Positions 10,315 to 20,422 of a DNA stretch of 64,000 bases are shown piece after piece; the first letter of the stretch is position 1; each line of letters opens with the position of its first letter. This DNA comes from an uncultured bacterium. GTDB lineage: Bacteria; Babelota; Babeliae; Babelales; Babelaceae. Under the pieces are notes generated by a model, which saw only the letters and a program-made list of their open reading frames with translations, did no database searches and was not told the origin of the DNA. The position numbers were made by a program, and so were the translations under genes. The DNA is taken from assembly GCA_963848965.1 (NCBI GenBank), contig CAWKFG010000005.1, positions 32,001 through 96,000 of the forward strand, written 5' to 3'.

Positions 10315-10710
10315 TTACTCGAGCTCAGAATTTTCAAAAGAAGGTTCTGGACTAGCTACTGTTAATCCACCAGATTTTAGCTTAAAGTTCATCATATCAG
10401 AGAACTTGCTAAACTGTAGAACTGGTAATGCAGCATCCTTTGCAGCACACTCTTCTTCAATTATCAGATAGCGTAAATCAAACTCTCCAGAATCTTTGCT
10501 CTTTTCAATATATACTTCTAATCGTGCTGCAACTGCGCCTTCAAGATTCTTTGTTGTTCCCGCTTTTATTAATGTTCCAGCTTTCTTATCATAGTTAGAG
10601 ATAAAAACGTCAGTTGGACCATCATTAATAAAAGTAAAAGGACATGCTATCAGAGAACCTAAGCTTAGAAACAGCACCATTCCTGCTAATTTTAAAATAG
10701 TAAAATCCAT
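10315..10710 (-). CDS. Hypothetical secreted protein
   Basis: AAGGA RBS, hydrophobic N-terminal signal; hairpin AATAAGAGGGAA/TTCCCTCTTATT downstream near 10253-10280. Confidence 0.7.
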   Translation of the reverse strand: MDFTILKLAGMVLFLSLGSLIACPFTFINDGPTDVFISNYDKKAGTLIKAGTTKNLEGAVAARLEVYIEKSKDSGEFDLRYLIIEEECAAKDAALPVLQFSKFSDMMNFKLKSGGLTVASPEPSFENSELE

Positions 10711-10906
10711 AATAATCCTTTATTTTTAATAAAAAGCTATATGTAAGTTGTATATTCTAAATAGTAAATATTTACATTAAAAAGTCAAACGTAGTGGAAC
10801 ATTCTATAAAACTGTACCTAATTGACAAAATAAGTCTTTTTAAAGTTAAACTGGTGGTGTTTTTATATTTCCTAAAATTTTTCTATCTGCTTTACTAGGG
10901 GGTCTT

Positions 10907-11515
10907 ATGCATAGAAAAAAACTTTTTTCAACAGCCTTCATTGCTGTCTGCTTACTCCTTTCTGGATGTGCTCGTTATAGAGCTCAGCCTCTTCCTCACC
11001 TTGTTAACTCATGTACAGCTCATCCTATTAATAAAGAGGACATTAAATTTGGTTATAAGGTTTTTAGTCCTGTTGACTGTAAGATGTTTTTAGATAGGGA
11101 TGTTTTAAGACAAGGGTATCAACCTATACAAATTACCATAACAAATAATTCTCATCGGTATCTTAAATTTTCTGCGCGTGGTATTAGCTTACCATGTGTA
11201 CCTCCTTATGAAGTAGCACAAAGAGTACATACTTCTACCGTAAGTAGAGTAGTTGGTTGGGGAGTCCCTGGTCTCTTTATTTGGCCATTCTTAATCCCTG
11301 CAGTAGTAGATGGAGTAGGCTCTGAAAAAGCAAATAAGCAACTTGATATTGATTATGCTACAAAGTTTGCTAGAGCTCAGGTAATTGAGCCATATACTAC
11401 ACTCAATGGTCTTATTTTTGTACCATTGCACTCATTTAATCCTCACTTTACGGTCACTTTAGTAGACCAAGATACACGTGAAAAAATAACATTCTCTTCA
11501 ATTGCTCCATTATAA
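10907..11515 (+). CDS. Hypothetical lipoprotein
   Basis: Lipobox LLSGC; AGGGGG RBS. Confidence 0.8.
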   Translation: MHRKKLFSTAFIAVCLLLSGCARYRAQPLPHLVNSCTAHPINKEDIKFGYKVFSPVDCKMFLDRDVLRQGYQPIQITITNNSHRYLKFSARGISLPCVPPYEVAQRVHTSTVSRVVGWGVPGLFIWPFLIPAVVDGVGSEKANKQLDIDYATKFARAQVIEPYTTLNGLIFVPLHSFNPHFTVTLVDQDTREKITFSSIAPL

Positions 11516-11574
11516 GGACTCTTGCATAAGGTGCTCTTTCTTAAGTATACTCAAAGAAAAGAAAGGGCACCTGT

Positions 11575-12126
11575 ATGGATTACCTAGCAAAACTATTTCT
11601 CAGCACAGTTTTTGTAATAAGTGGCATCTTGTTGTTTCTTCATTTTTTCAAACCACGCAAAAAATATCCTGCTCTTAAAAAAGGGGACGTAGCTCCAGAT
11701 TTTACCCTTGTAGACGAAGAAGGTAATGAGCGCAGCCTTCACCGATTGAAAGGACATAGAGTTGTTATCTATTTCTTTCCAAAAGCAGATACACCAGGAT
11801 GCACACAACAAGCATGCGGTATTCGAGATGCCTATGATATCTATAAAGAAAAAGATATTAAAGTATTTGGCATAAGTTATGATAGCCCTGAAACATTAAA
11901 AAAGTTTAAAGAAAAATATCATCTTCCCTTTACTCTCTTAAGCGACAGCTCTAAAGAAGTAGCACAACGCTATGGTGCCTATAAAAGCGCTATAAATGCC
12001 CTGTTTCCAGCCCGTATTACCTTTTTAGTTAATGAGGAAGGTAAGATTGTCAAAATTATTGAAAATGTAGATGTTTCTACCCATGCACAAGACATTATTT
12101 CCGCGTTTGGTCTAGGACCTCAATAA
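11575..12126 (+). CDS. bcp: Peroxiredoxin Q / BCP with N-terminal membrane anchor
   Basis: APDFTL, YFFPKADTPGCTQQAC, GISYD, ARITFLV. Confidence 0.92.
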   Translation: MDYLAKLFLSTVFVISGILLFLHFFKPRKKYPALKKGDVAPDFTLVDEEGNERSLHRLKGHRVVIYFFPKADTPGCTQQACGIRDAYDIYKEKDIKVFGISYDSPETLKKFKEKYHLPFTLLSDSSKEVAQRYGAYKSAINALFPARITFLVNEEGKIVKIIENVDVSTHAQDIISAFGLGPQ

Positions 12127-12325
12127 TTCAGTATTTATGGCATTTAATGGAAAGAATGATTTCTTGAAAAAGAACTCTTTACTGAAAAATGAGCAGATGA
12201 ATTGAATTTCTCTTTTACTTAATGTGCTCTTGGAACTATAACATAGACTACTAGAAATCCATGCCTTTGACAAATCATAAAATAAAGCATATCTTGAAAT
12301 TAAATACCTCTACATAGGTACAAGA

Positions 12326-13477
12326 ATGCTGAAAGTACTTAAAAAGCACTTTGTTTATTTCTCTTTACCGCCTCTCTTTTGGATTACGCTCGCTTGTATT
12401 GGTGGTATTATAGGCAAAGCATATAGCCCTTCTGTTTTTCTTCACTTTCTTTTCGCTTTACTCATCGCAGCTACTTTTTGTCTGTATCTCTTTTGCAAAT
12501 GCTCTTTACAAACAGTGGTTACAAGTTGCTTAGTATATACAGTATTTTTGTTTGCAGGATGGCACTATGAGCGTATAATTGCACAGCACACTACTTTCTA
12601 TACAACTTTTGTTAATAAGCCTGTTTCCTGTACAGCATATGTCTGTTCTTGTGAAACTACTGCAAACAGATTTAAACATGCAGTTACTATTACTACGCAA
12701 ACAATCAAGTATGATAATAAAACAGTACCTGCACGATATACTATTAAGATGCATCTACTGTATAAACCACAGTTTTATGTTGGTGATACCATACACGTTA
12801 AGAATCTCGTTATTAAACCAGTTACCAATCACTCATTTGAAAATTATCTTATAAAAGAAGGCGTTATAGCTACGCTTTTTTTACCCAAAATAGACTATAC
12901 ACTTATTAAACATCCAGGGTATAGCTTTAATAGATTTCTCGCACATACAAGGCAACGAGTTACTGAAAATATTCTGAAAAAAATGAGTAAACAAACGGGA
13001 GCATTATTCTCCTCTATTTTTCTTGGCACAAAGCCTGCAGATACTCATATGCTTGAACGTATAAAAGAGCAATTTACTCAATGGGGAATAGTACATTACT
13101 TAGCACGATCAGGATTACATGTAATACTTATTGTATTGTTATGGGCTATGTTACTGCGCCTTATACCATTACCATTCTTTGTAAAACAGTGTATTATGCT
13201 TTTTTTGATTGTACTCTATCATATACTTACTTGGCCCAGCATATCATTTATGAGAGCTCTCATAACCTTTGTACTCTATAGGCTGTGCGCTTTAAGAACA
13301 TTACCAGCTCATCCGCTTGCTCTTCTAAGCATAACAACCCTTGCAGTACTTCTTTATAATCCTCTTGAATTGTTCTTTTTAGATTTTCAGTTAAGTTTTG
13401 GCCTTACAGCAGCGCTTGCTTGGTTTAGTGAACTTTCTGCTCAACACAAACTTTATGCAGAAACTGTACTATCATAA
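12326..13477 (+). CDS. comEC: ComEC/Rec2 competence family membrane protein (no beta-lactamase-like domain)
   Basis: GIVHYLARSGLHV, SFMRA, NPLELFFLDFQLSF. Confidence 0.85.
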   Translation: MLKVLKKHFVYFSLPPLFWITLACIGGIIGKAYSPSVFLHFLFALLIAATFCLYLFCKCSLQTVVTSCLVYTVFLFAGWHYERIIAQHTTFYTTFVNKPVSCTAYVCSCETTANRFKHAVTITTQTIKYDNKTVPARYTIKMHLLYKPQFYVGDTIHVKNLVIKPVTNHSFENYLIKEGVIATLFLPKIDYTLIKHPGYSFNRFLAHTRQRVTENILKKMSKQTGALFSSIFLGTKPADTHMLERIKEQFTQWGIVHYLARSGLHVILIVLLWAMLLRLIPLPFFVKQCIMLFLIVLYHILTWPSISFMRALITFVLYRLCALRTLPAHPLALLSITTLAVLLYNPLELFFLDFQLSFGLTAALAWFSELSAQHKLYAETVLS

Positions 13478-15790
13478 GGTGTTTTTACCAGTAAGGCATT
13501 TCTGAAAAGACGTTATTCCCAATGCTTTAATAGCATCTAACGAGGAATAAAATTGCGGTCGCGACCATATATGAACGGTTTTATCTTCACATGCTGTTAC
13601 CAAAGTATATGTATCTAAGATACATAAAGAGCATAGAGGACTTTGATGCCCCAATACTTGAATGCATCCAAGAGCTTTCAAATCCCATATTTTTACGTTT
13701 TTATCACGCGAGCAGGTAACAAAATGAGTCTCGTCTAATGAACAGATACGTATGACAGAAGCATCATGATTTTCCAAGCGCTTTATACTAAAGTATGGCG
13801 CCTCTTTTAGTAAGTCTATGCAGTACAGATTTCCATTTTCTAAACCTACAATTACCCTATTTTCGCTTATCTTCAGTAAAGACGTTATACCTATAGCGTC
13901 TTCAAGCATTATCGTTTTTAAACATTCTTTAGTCTCGGTACTCCATATGCGCATAGTTCCGTCAAGAGATGTCGAGACAAGTGTTCGTGAATTAAGAGCT
14001 TCAATGGCAGAAATTTCTTTTGTATGGCCGCTAAGAACAAGAAGACATTTTCCATCTTTACAATTCCATGCGCGGATAGTAGTATCGCGAGAACCAGATA
14101 AGAGTATAAGCGAAGGTTCAAATTGCTCCCATGGATACAACCATACTAATGGAAAAACAAAATCCTCTACACTAAAAGACATCTGAGAGGCTTCTATTAT
14201 TGTTCCTACCCTGTCTGTATGTCCAACCAGAGCCCTTTCTTCTGTTAGCACCCCTCTTTTCCATAATCGTATTGTTCCATCTACTGATGATGAGCAAAAA
14301 CTAAAGAGCGGGGAATCTGATTGAGTTAAAGCACATAGTGCTTTGTCATGAAGTTTTTTAGATTGTTTTAAGATATACTCATCTTTCCTACTTTGACTCC
14401 AAATCTGTATAGTTCCATCTGAAAAACCTACTAAAATCGGTTTTCTAAAGTTCAACTCATCCTGCGCACTTATCATCTCTTTTGCCTGACACCAGCAGGT
14501 AATATCTTTCTCTACACTAAATTCCTGTTGATGAGCAAAGGTATAATGATAAGTCTTCATTAATTTTTGATTGACTGTATGTTCAACATGTCGTCTATTA
14601 GGCTCCTGTGCAAAAAACTTGCAAAACTCACTATTTTTCGACAGCTCTACTATATTATGCACAAGATAGGACGTATATTTCTCTTCAATAGTCGATAGAG
14701 CGATACTAAACTTAGGATTACGGTTCATAGCATTAATCCATTTAAGAGCTCTGGCTGCATTATCATGGGAAAGAGCTAGCGGAAATAAACTTTCTGCTAA
14801 AGGTAGAGCAAATACAGATAGTAAATGTTCTCTATCATCTTGACCGAGAGCATAGCGTAACAATGCTATTTTTAATGGTTCTAAATCTGAGTTACAAGCA
14901 AGTTCTAAAATACCCTCAAAGTGCTTATTATGATCATACGTATTAAAGAGCGTCACCAGTGCTTTATATAATAAGAGAACCAATTCCTTACTATCATTAC
15001 TTAAACAGGTTTGTTTAAAATCAAGACTGTGCTTGTGAGCAAAAAGATACCATTCGCGTAGTATATGCTCTACTAGAAAGCCAAGAGCTGTTATATTTAC
15101 TTCATGCTGTAGCGTAAATCGTCGATTTTCTTCAAAGAGAAATGCTGTTTTAAGGAAAGGAAAAAAATCTGCTATCTTATGAAAAACATATACTTTACTT
15201 GTCAAGCTATTCAGCCCTTGCTCAACATTAATAGTGAAAAAATACCTTTCTCTTAAGCATTTCCTTATAACATGAGCAAGATCACGTTCTCTAACATCAG
15301 AGTGCTCTTCATGGTATAAATATTTTATAAAAAGTAAGATGTAATCTCCAGAACCCGATTTTTCCTTGCTTTCCTGTATGTCTATAGCTGCATTCAGCTT
15401 ACTTATAAGCTCTTCCCTTTCAACTTTGCCTTTATAGTTCCTCCATAAGAGTAGTAATTCTTGAAAGCACTGATATGTAGAGAGTGGATAAGAAAATGTA
15501 ATATTCTTAGAGGAAACAGGAAAAATACGTGTAAGCACTGCACTTGTTACAGTATCGAGTACTATCGGCAGCTGGTTATTAATTATAAGAGTATAAGCTT
15601 CTTCAGGTATTTTCTGCTCAGTATCTTTTTCCATACTTAAAAGATACTTTTCTGGTAAAAAGAATCCTATACACCCTAATTTAAAACAAAAAGAAACAAG
15701 AAGAGCAAGTACTTTCTTATTAAAGAGCGTATGCAACAAGTAAGCTCTTTTACAAAGTTTTACAAAGTTGCCCATAACTAGCTTTTGCAT
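13472..15790 (-). CDS. Secreted WD40-repeat protein (putative effector)
   Basis: C-terminal WD40 repeats (GHTDRV, LSGSRDTTIRAWN, GHTKEI, VTCSRDKNVKIWD); true start may be downstream of 15790. Confidence 0.82.
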   Translation of the reverse strand: MQKLVMGNFVKLCKRAYLLHTLFNKKVLALLVSFCFKLGCIGFFLPEKYLLSMEKDTEQKIPEEAYTLIINNQLPIVLDTVTSAVLTRIFPVSSKNITFSYPLSTYQCFQELLLLWRNYKGKVEREELISKLNAAIDIQESKEKSGSGDYILLFIKYLYHEEHSDVRERDLAHVIRKCLRERYFFTINVEQGLNSLTSKVYVFHKIADFFPFLKTAFLFEENRRFTLQHEVNITALGFLVEHILREWYLFAHKHSLDFKQTCLSNDSKELVLLLYKALVTLFNTYDHNKHFEGILELACNSDLEPLKIALLRYALGQDDREHLLSVFALPLAESLFPLALSHDNAARALKWINAMNRNPKFSIALSTIEEKYTSYLVHNIVELSKNSEFCKFFAQEPNRRHVEHTVNQKLMKTYHYTFAHQQEFSVEKDITCWCQAKEMISAQDELNFRKPILVGFSDGTIQIWSQSRKDEYILKQSKKLHDKALCALTQSDSPLFSFCSSSVDGTIRLWKRGVLTEERALVGHTDRVGTIIEASQMSFSVEDFVFPLVWLYPWEQFEPSLILLSGSRDTTIRAWNCKDGKCLLVLSGHTKEISAIEALNSRTLVSTSLDGTMRIWSTETKECLKTIMLEDAIGITSLLKISENRVIVGLENGNLYCIDLLKEAPYFSIKRLENHDASVIRICSLDETHFVTCSRDKNVKIWDLKALGCIQVLGHQSPLCSLCILDTYTLVTACEDKTVHIWSRPQFYSSLDAIKALGITSFQKCLTGKNTL

Positions 15791-16008
15791 ATTACAGCCT
15801 TTTATAACAAGTATCTCTTAAGTTTCACTGAAAACTAAATCAAAGCACCTTCTTTGTCAAGACAATAACTGATGTAAGTAACTGCGTTAAGTTTTTGCTA
15901 GCAAGTTCGTTTGCTCTCAATAATTTCAGTAAGCAAAACGACAAACCATTGCCCTCAAAAGAAAGGATAGATTAGACTAATCATAGCACATACAAAAGGG
16001 GGGAGAGT

Positions 16009-17373
16009 ATGAAGCATCTTGTATTAGCTGTATCTTTTTTTATAACGTGTCTATTCTTTTCATGTATATCATACGCAACCACAAAAGTTGATGTCGCTGC
16101 CATTGTACCCGTTGATAAATTACCAAGTTACACGGTCGTTGTATATATGGCTGCTCGTAATGACCTCTTTCCTTTTGCAGGACGTAATATCAAACAGATG
16201 CAACAAATTGGCTCCAATGAGCGACTTAAGCTTTTCATTCAATTTGATATGCATAAACCTGCACAAAGCCGCTTAACAAAACGATTCTTTATTGACGAAA
16301 AGCATAAAATAGGTCAAGTTGGCCCCGATCTTTGTATGGATAGCGGAGACATTAACTCATTAATAGATTGCGTAAGGTGCGCTCATGAAATGTTTCCTTC
16401 AGATGAACTAGTAATAATCCTATGGAATCATGGAACTGGTGAAATAGAGCCTTCTTTACAGCGCGCTATAAACCCTTCAGAACTTTTTTCGTATAATCCT
16501 AAAAATAAGCTTATTGAACTTAACAGAAGCGTAAGCTTTCTAGATCATATTACAGGCGGCAAAATAGAGTTTGAAGATGATTGTAAAGGTATTTTGATTG
16601 ATGATTCATCGGGAAGATATTTAACCAATCAGCAACTACGTGAAGGCCTTGAAATTATCTCAAAAGATATCATAAAAAAGAAAGTAGCAATTCTTGCGTG
16701 TGATGCATGCCATATGTCAGGTATTGGTATTATGAGCCCCTTAAAGGATTATGTAGAATACTTTATCGGCTCTCAAGAAGTTGAGCTTGGAACAGGATAC
16801 AATTATACAGCACTTTTTGAACCGTTTATGTTCTCCTCGTTAGATAAAGAATCATTTGCTCATCACTTTGTTTCATGCTTTAAAGATACCTATAGCAGAA
16901 TCACACAAGATTATACTCATTCAGCAATCAATTTATCAAAGATAGATCTTCTTGAGCACAATATAGACCAGATAGCAAACCACCTTATATATGGCTTACA
17001 AAATCAGAAAAATAGATCTGTAAAAGAGGCAATCAGGCTTAGCAGACGTACGAGTACTAATTTTACTGAAACTACGTACATAGATATTAGTCACTTTTTA
17101 ACCAATATGCTGTCTCATATAGATAAATGTGAATTAATCGATGCTCAAGAAACAGTAACATTTAAAAAGAGCCTTTCAGAGCTTTTAGCTGCAGGCAACT
17201 CGCTTATTGGTGATATTGTTATTGCAAATACTGTAGGCAGAAACCTCCAATCTGCAAAGGGGATCTCAATTTATTTTCCTGAAACAAGAATACACAAATC
17301 ATACCCACAAACTGAGTTTGCACTAAGAACAAGTTGGCTTAACTTCCTCAGAGCATATGTGATGCTGAGATAG
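16009..17373 (+). CDS. Clostripain-family (C11) cysteine peptidase, secreted
   Basis: YTVVVYMAARNDL, ILWNHGTG (His), DACHM (Cys), SQEVE, GISIYFP. Confidence 0.88.
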   Translation: MKHLVLAVSFFITCLFFSCISYATTKVDVAAIVPVDKLPSYTVVVYMAARNDLFPFAGRNIKQMQQIGSNERLKLFIQFDMHKPAQSRLTKRFFIDEKHKIGQVGPDLCMDSGDINSLIDCVRCAHEMFPSDELVIILWNHGTGEIEPSLQRAINPSELFSYNPKNKLIELNRSVSFLDHITGGKIEFEDDCKGILIDDSSGRYLTNQQLREGLEIISKDIIKKKVAILACDACHMSGIGIMSPLKDYVEYFIGSQEVELGTGYNYTALFEPFMFSSLDKESFAHHFVSCFKDTYSRITQDYTHSAINLSKIDLLEHNIDQIANHLIYGLQNQKNRSVKEAIRLSRRTSTNFTETTYIDISHFLTNMLSHIDKCELIDAQETVTFKKSLSELLAAGNSLIGDIVIANTVGRNLQSAKGISIYFPETRIHKSYPQTEFALRTSWLNFLRAYVMLR

Positions 17374-17381
17374 GATGCTCT

Positions 17382-18713
17382 ATGATACGCTCTCTTAAAC
17401 AATTTTTATTGTATTCCTATGTCCTCTGCTTTACAGCATATGTTGAAGCTACGCTTACTTCTAATATGCCTACGTATACAGTTGTTGTATATATGGCAGC
17501 ACGTAATGATCTCTTTCCTTTTGCAGGGCGTAATATTAAGCAAATGCAACAAATTGGTTCTAATGAGAGGCTTAAAATATTTGTCCATTTTGATATGCAC
17601 AAATTTGGTGGCCAAAAAGTAACAAAACGATTTTTTGTAGAAAAGAATAAAACAGTTCCCATTGGACCAGAACTTTCAATGGATAGTGGAGATATTGACT
17701 CTTTAATAGATTGTGTAAAATGCGCTCACGAAAAATATCCGTCAGACGAACTTATACTTATATTGTGGAACCATGGTACAGGTCCTTTAGAACCAGAAAT
17801 ACAAAAGTCTATTAACCCTTCTGATCTCTTTCGCTACAACACTAAGACGCGGCTTATCGAGCTTGATCGTAGCATAAGCTTCATTGAGTACATGAGTAAA
17901 CCAAAAAAAAGAGGTATATGCTTTGATGATATCTCAGGTAAATATTTAACCAATCAGCAACTCAAAGAAGGACTACACTATATTAGTACACACATTCTTA
18001 AGAAAAAAATTGCAATTTTAAGCTGTGATGCTTGTTCTATGGCAGGTGCAGATGTTTTTATACCCTTTAAAGATGATGTAGAATATTTTATAGCATCACA
18101 AGAAGTTGAGCTAGGAACAGGATATAATTATGCAACTATTTTTGAACCATTTCTTTTTAAATCATTAAGTAAAGAAGCATTTGCACGCCATTTTGTCAAT
18201 TCTTATAAAGATACTTATAGCAAAATAACACACGACTATACTCACTCAGCAGTTGATCTTTCTCAAGCTTACCGCCTTGAACAAACTATAGATATGCTTT
18301 CTAAACTTCTCATACAAGGTCTTGATAAACAGAAAGAACGATCAGTGTACGAAGCAATTAAAAAAGCCAAACATAAAGATTTTTGCACACGATTTAATGA
18401 GCCAACATTCCTTGATCTCAGCCATCTGTTAAGCAACTTATTATATACCGTAAATAAATGCGAGCTACAGACTCCTGATGAGACAAAGGCATGGAAAACA
18501 GAGATTAATGAACTTATTAATCAAGGAATTAACACTATTAATAATGTTGTAATAGCAAACGCTGTAGGAAAAAATCTTCAATATGCAAAAGGGGTCTCTA
18601 TTTACTTTCCTGAGATTATTATGCACAAATCCTATCTTATTAACGATTTTGCAGTCAAAACCAATTGGCTTAAATTCCTTAAACGGTATCTGGAGCTTGA
18701 AGTTCCATCATAA
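17382..18713 (+). CDS. Clostripain-family (C11) cysteine peptidase, tandem paralog
   Basis: Same motifs: ILWNHGTG, DACSM, GVSIYFP. Confidence 0.88.
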   Translation: MIRSLKQFLLYSYVLCFTAYVEATLTSNMPTYTVVVYMAARNDLFPFAGRNIKQMQQIGSNERLKIFVHFDMHKFGGQKVTKRFFVEKNKTVPIGPELSMDSGDIDSLIDCVKCAHEKYPSDELILILWNHGTGPLEPEIQKSINPSDLFRYNTKTRLIELDRSISFIEYMSKPKKRGICFDDISGKYLTNQQLKEGLHYISTHILKKKIAILSCDACSMAGADVFIPFKDDVEYFIASQEVELGTGYNYATIFEPFLFKSLSKEAFARHFVNSYKDTYSKITHDYTHSAVDLSQAYRLEQTIDMLSKLLIQGLDKQKERSVYEAIKKAKHKDFCTRFNEPTFLDLSHLLSNLLYTVNKCELQTPDETKAWKTEINELINQGINTINNVVIANAVGKNLQYAKGVSIYFPEIIMHKSYLINDFAVKTNWLKFLKRYLELEVPS

Positions 18714-19550
18714 CTCTATTCTTTTCATATGTCCTTGGGGAATATTAAAGTAGAATGCCAAAAGAAGTTGTACTAGTTCTGGAGCAAAGAGCTGTTTCAA
18801 ATGTTCATAAAGCGGCATGTAGAGCATCATATAGTGTTCATATAACATGTTGGCTATATTTCTATATAGTAGTCCGTTTGTTGAGTCATGGTGTAAAAAC
18901 GCAGCATGATAAAACCTAATAGCACAATCATATGCATAGAGACCTTTATTATTTTTTATAGAAATATCTGCCCCATTTTCTAGCAACAACTTAATCATAG
19001 GTATCTGACGGAACTCAATAGCATACATTAAAGGAGTATCTCCTTCTAAATCTTGGGCGTTAATATCAGCTTTATGTGCAAGTAACATTTTTGCTATCTC
19101 TGTACACCCATACTGAGCACTGCGCATAAGCGGAGTCCTTCCTGCAACATCACGTATATCAACCTGTTTTGCGTATCCTAAAAGCAGGTTTAATAGTTCA
19201 AAATTTACTACTTGTTTTGAAGCTGCAAAATGTAATGGCGCTGCTCCATCTCTATTTTGCTTATCTGCGTTAGCTCCTGCTTCAAGTAATAAACGTATAA
19301 CTTCTGTTCTACAAGCTCCATCGGATTTTGATACTTCCATCGTTAAAGGAGTACCTACATGGCCACAATAATTGAGATCAGAACCTTTGTCTATCCAAGC
19401 TCTAATTTCTTCAACAGTTCTACCAAATCTAATAGCCTCATAAAGCTCATACTTAAGATCTTCTTTGTTCATACAATATAAAACTTCTGAAACAGAAATA
19501 ATTGTTAGCAAAATCAGCATACATTTTTTAATCATATTATATTCTTTCAA
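18708..19550 (-). CDS. Secreted ankyrin-repeat protein
   Basis: Signal peptide; GAAPLHFA, GRTPLMRS, GDTPLMYA repeats. Confidence 0.88.
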   Translation of the reverse strand: MKEYNMIKKCMLILLTIISVSEVLYCMNKEDLKYELYEAIRFGRTVEEIRAWIDKGSDLNYCGHVGTPLTMEVSKSDGACRTEVIRLLLEAGANADKQNRDGAAPLHFAASKQVVNFELLNLLLGYAKQVDIRDVAGRTPLMRSAQYGCTEIAKMLLAHKADINAQDLEGDTPLMYAIEFRQIPMIKLLLENGADISIKNNKGLYAYDCAIRFYHAAFLHHDSTNGLLYRNIANMLYEHYMMLYMPLYEHLKQLFAPELVQLLLAFYFNIPQGHMKRIEL

Positions 19551-19688
19551 TAAAATTATTTAATACTTTTATATGCTTGTATATCCACTATTATTTAAAT
19601 TCATAGCAAGATAGAAAAGTTATTAAATATATACTTTATATGATTTTTAAAGTTTGTAAATGGTAAAAACTGCACTTTAGTATGGTTT

Positions 19689-20159
19689 CTATTTAACTTT
19701 TTTTTGATGTTTGTCTTTTAAAGCTTGGTACTCAAGATCATTCATAACTTGTTTATATTTTTCGTAAAAGATACGTGCTGACTCCGCCTTTAGAGGATCA
19801 CTATCAATTGGTAATACTTGGGTATGATCTTTATTCCATTTTCTACCTGATTTATGATTTGCATAGCGACGTGCCCGAGTAAATCCCATTTGAAGAAACT
19901 TGCGCGCCATATCCATTCCTACAAAGTCCTTTTGCTTTTTATACTCAAGAAAGAGCTCATAAATCTTATCTGCTGATTGTTTCGCAATGTCTGGTGTCCT
20001 AAAACGCCAATAAGGCAAGATTTCCGATTTATAGGGCTCAACAAGTAAGACCCCTTGTTCCCCTTTACCTATTTGGTAAAGTTCTGGATGCTTTCGAAAA
20101 TCTATTGTTCTATAATCGAGGTTATAATTAAACTTTGCCTTCATTAAGATGTTCTCCAC
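19689..20159 (-). CDS. DUF4385 family protein
   Basis: GKGEQGVLLVEPYKSEILPYWRF, DFVGMDMARKFLQMGFTRARRYANH. Confidence 0.85.
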   Translation of the reverse strand: MENILMKAKFNYNLDYRTIDFRKHPELYQIGKGEQGVLLVEPYKSEILPYWRFRTPDIAKQSADKIYELFLEYKKQKDFVGMDMARKFLQMGFTRARRYANHKSGRKWNKDHTQVLPIDSDPLKAESARIFYEKYKQVMNDLEYQALKDKHQKKVK

Positions 20160-20264
20160 TACTGTATAATTTTAATAAAGCTATTATAAAACTCTCTCTA
20201 GCTATAACACTTTACTAGAAAATCTACCGAATCTTCACAAACGGTTAAAACTATAACCTGCTAC

Positions 20265-20422
20265 TATAAACCCAAAAATTTTGTAAAATTGATGGTAGAA
20301 ACATCAAATTTATGTGAAAAATGATGATTTAACTAACAAAAATTCAAAGTTTATTGCTATAAAATCAAAAATTCTGTAAAATTGATGATGTAAAGATCAA
20401 ATTTTCATGAAAAATGATGGTA
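20265..20422 (+). repeat. Phased imperfect direct repeats upstream of the DUF4143 ATPase gene (putative operator)
   Basis: AAAA(T/A)TGATG at 20285, 20317, 20378 and 20410; two ~65-bp imperfect copies offset by about 93 bp. Confidence 0.7.
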
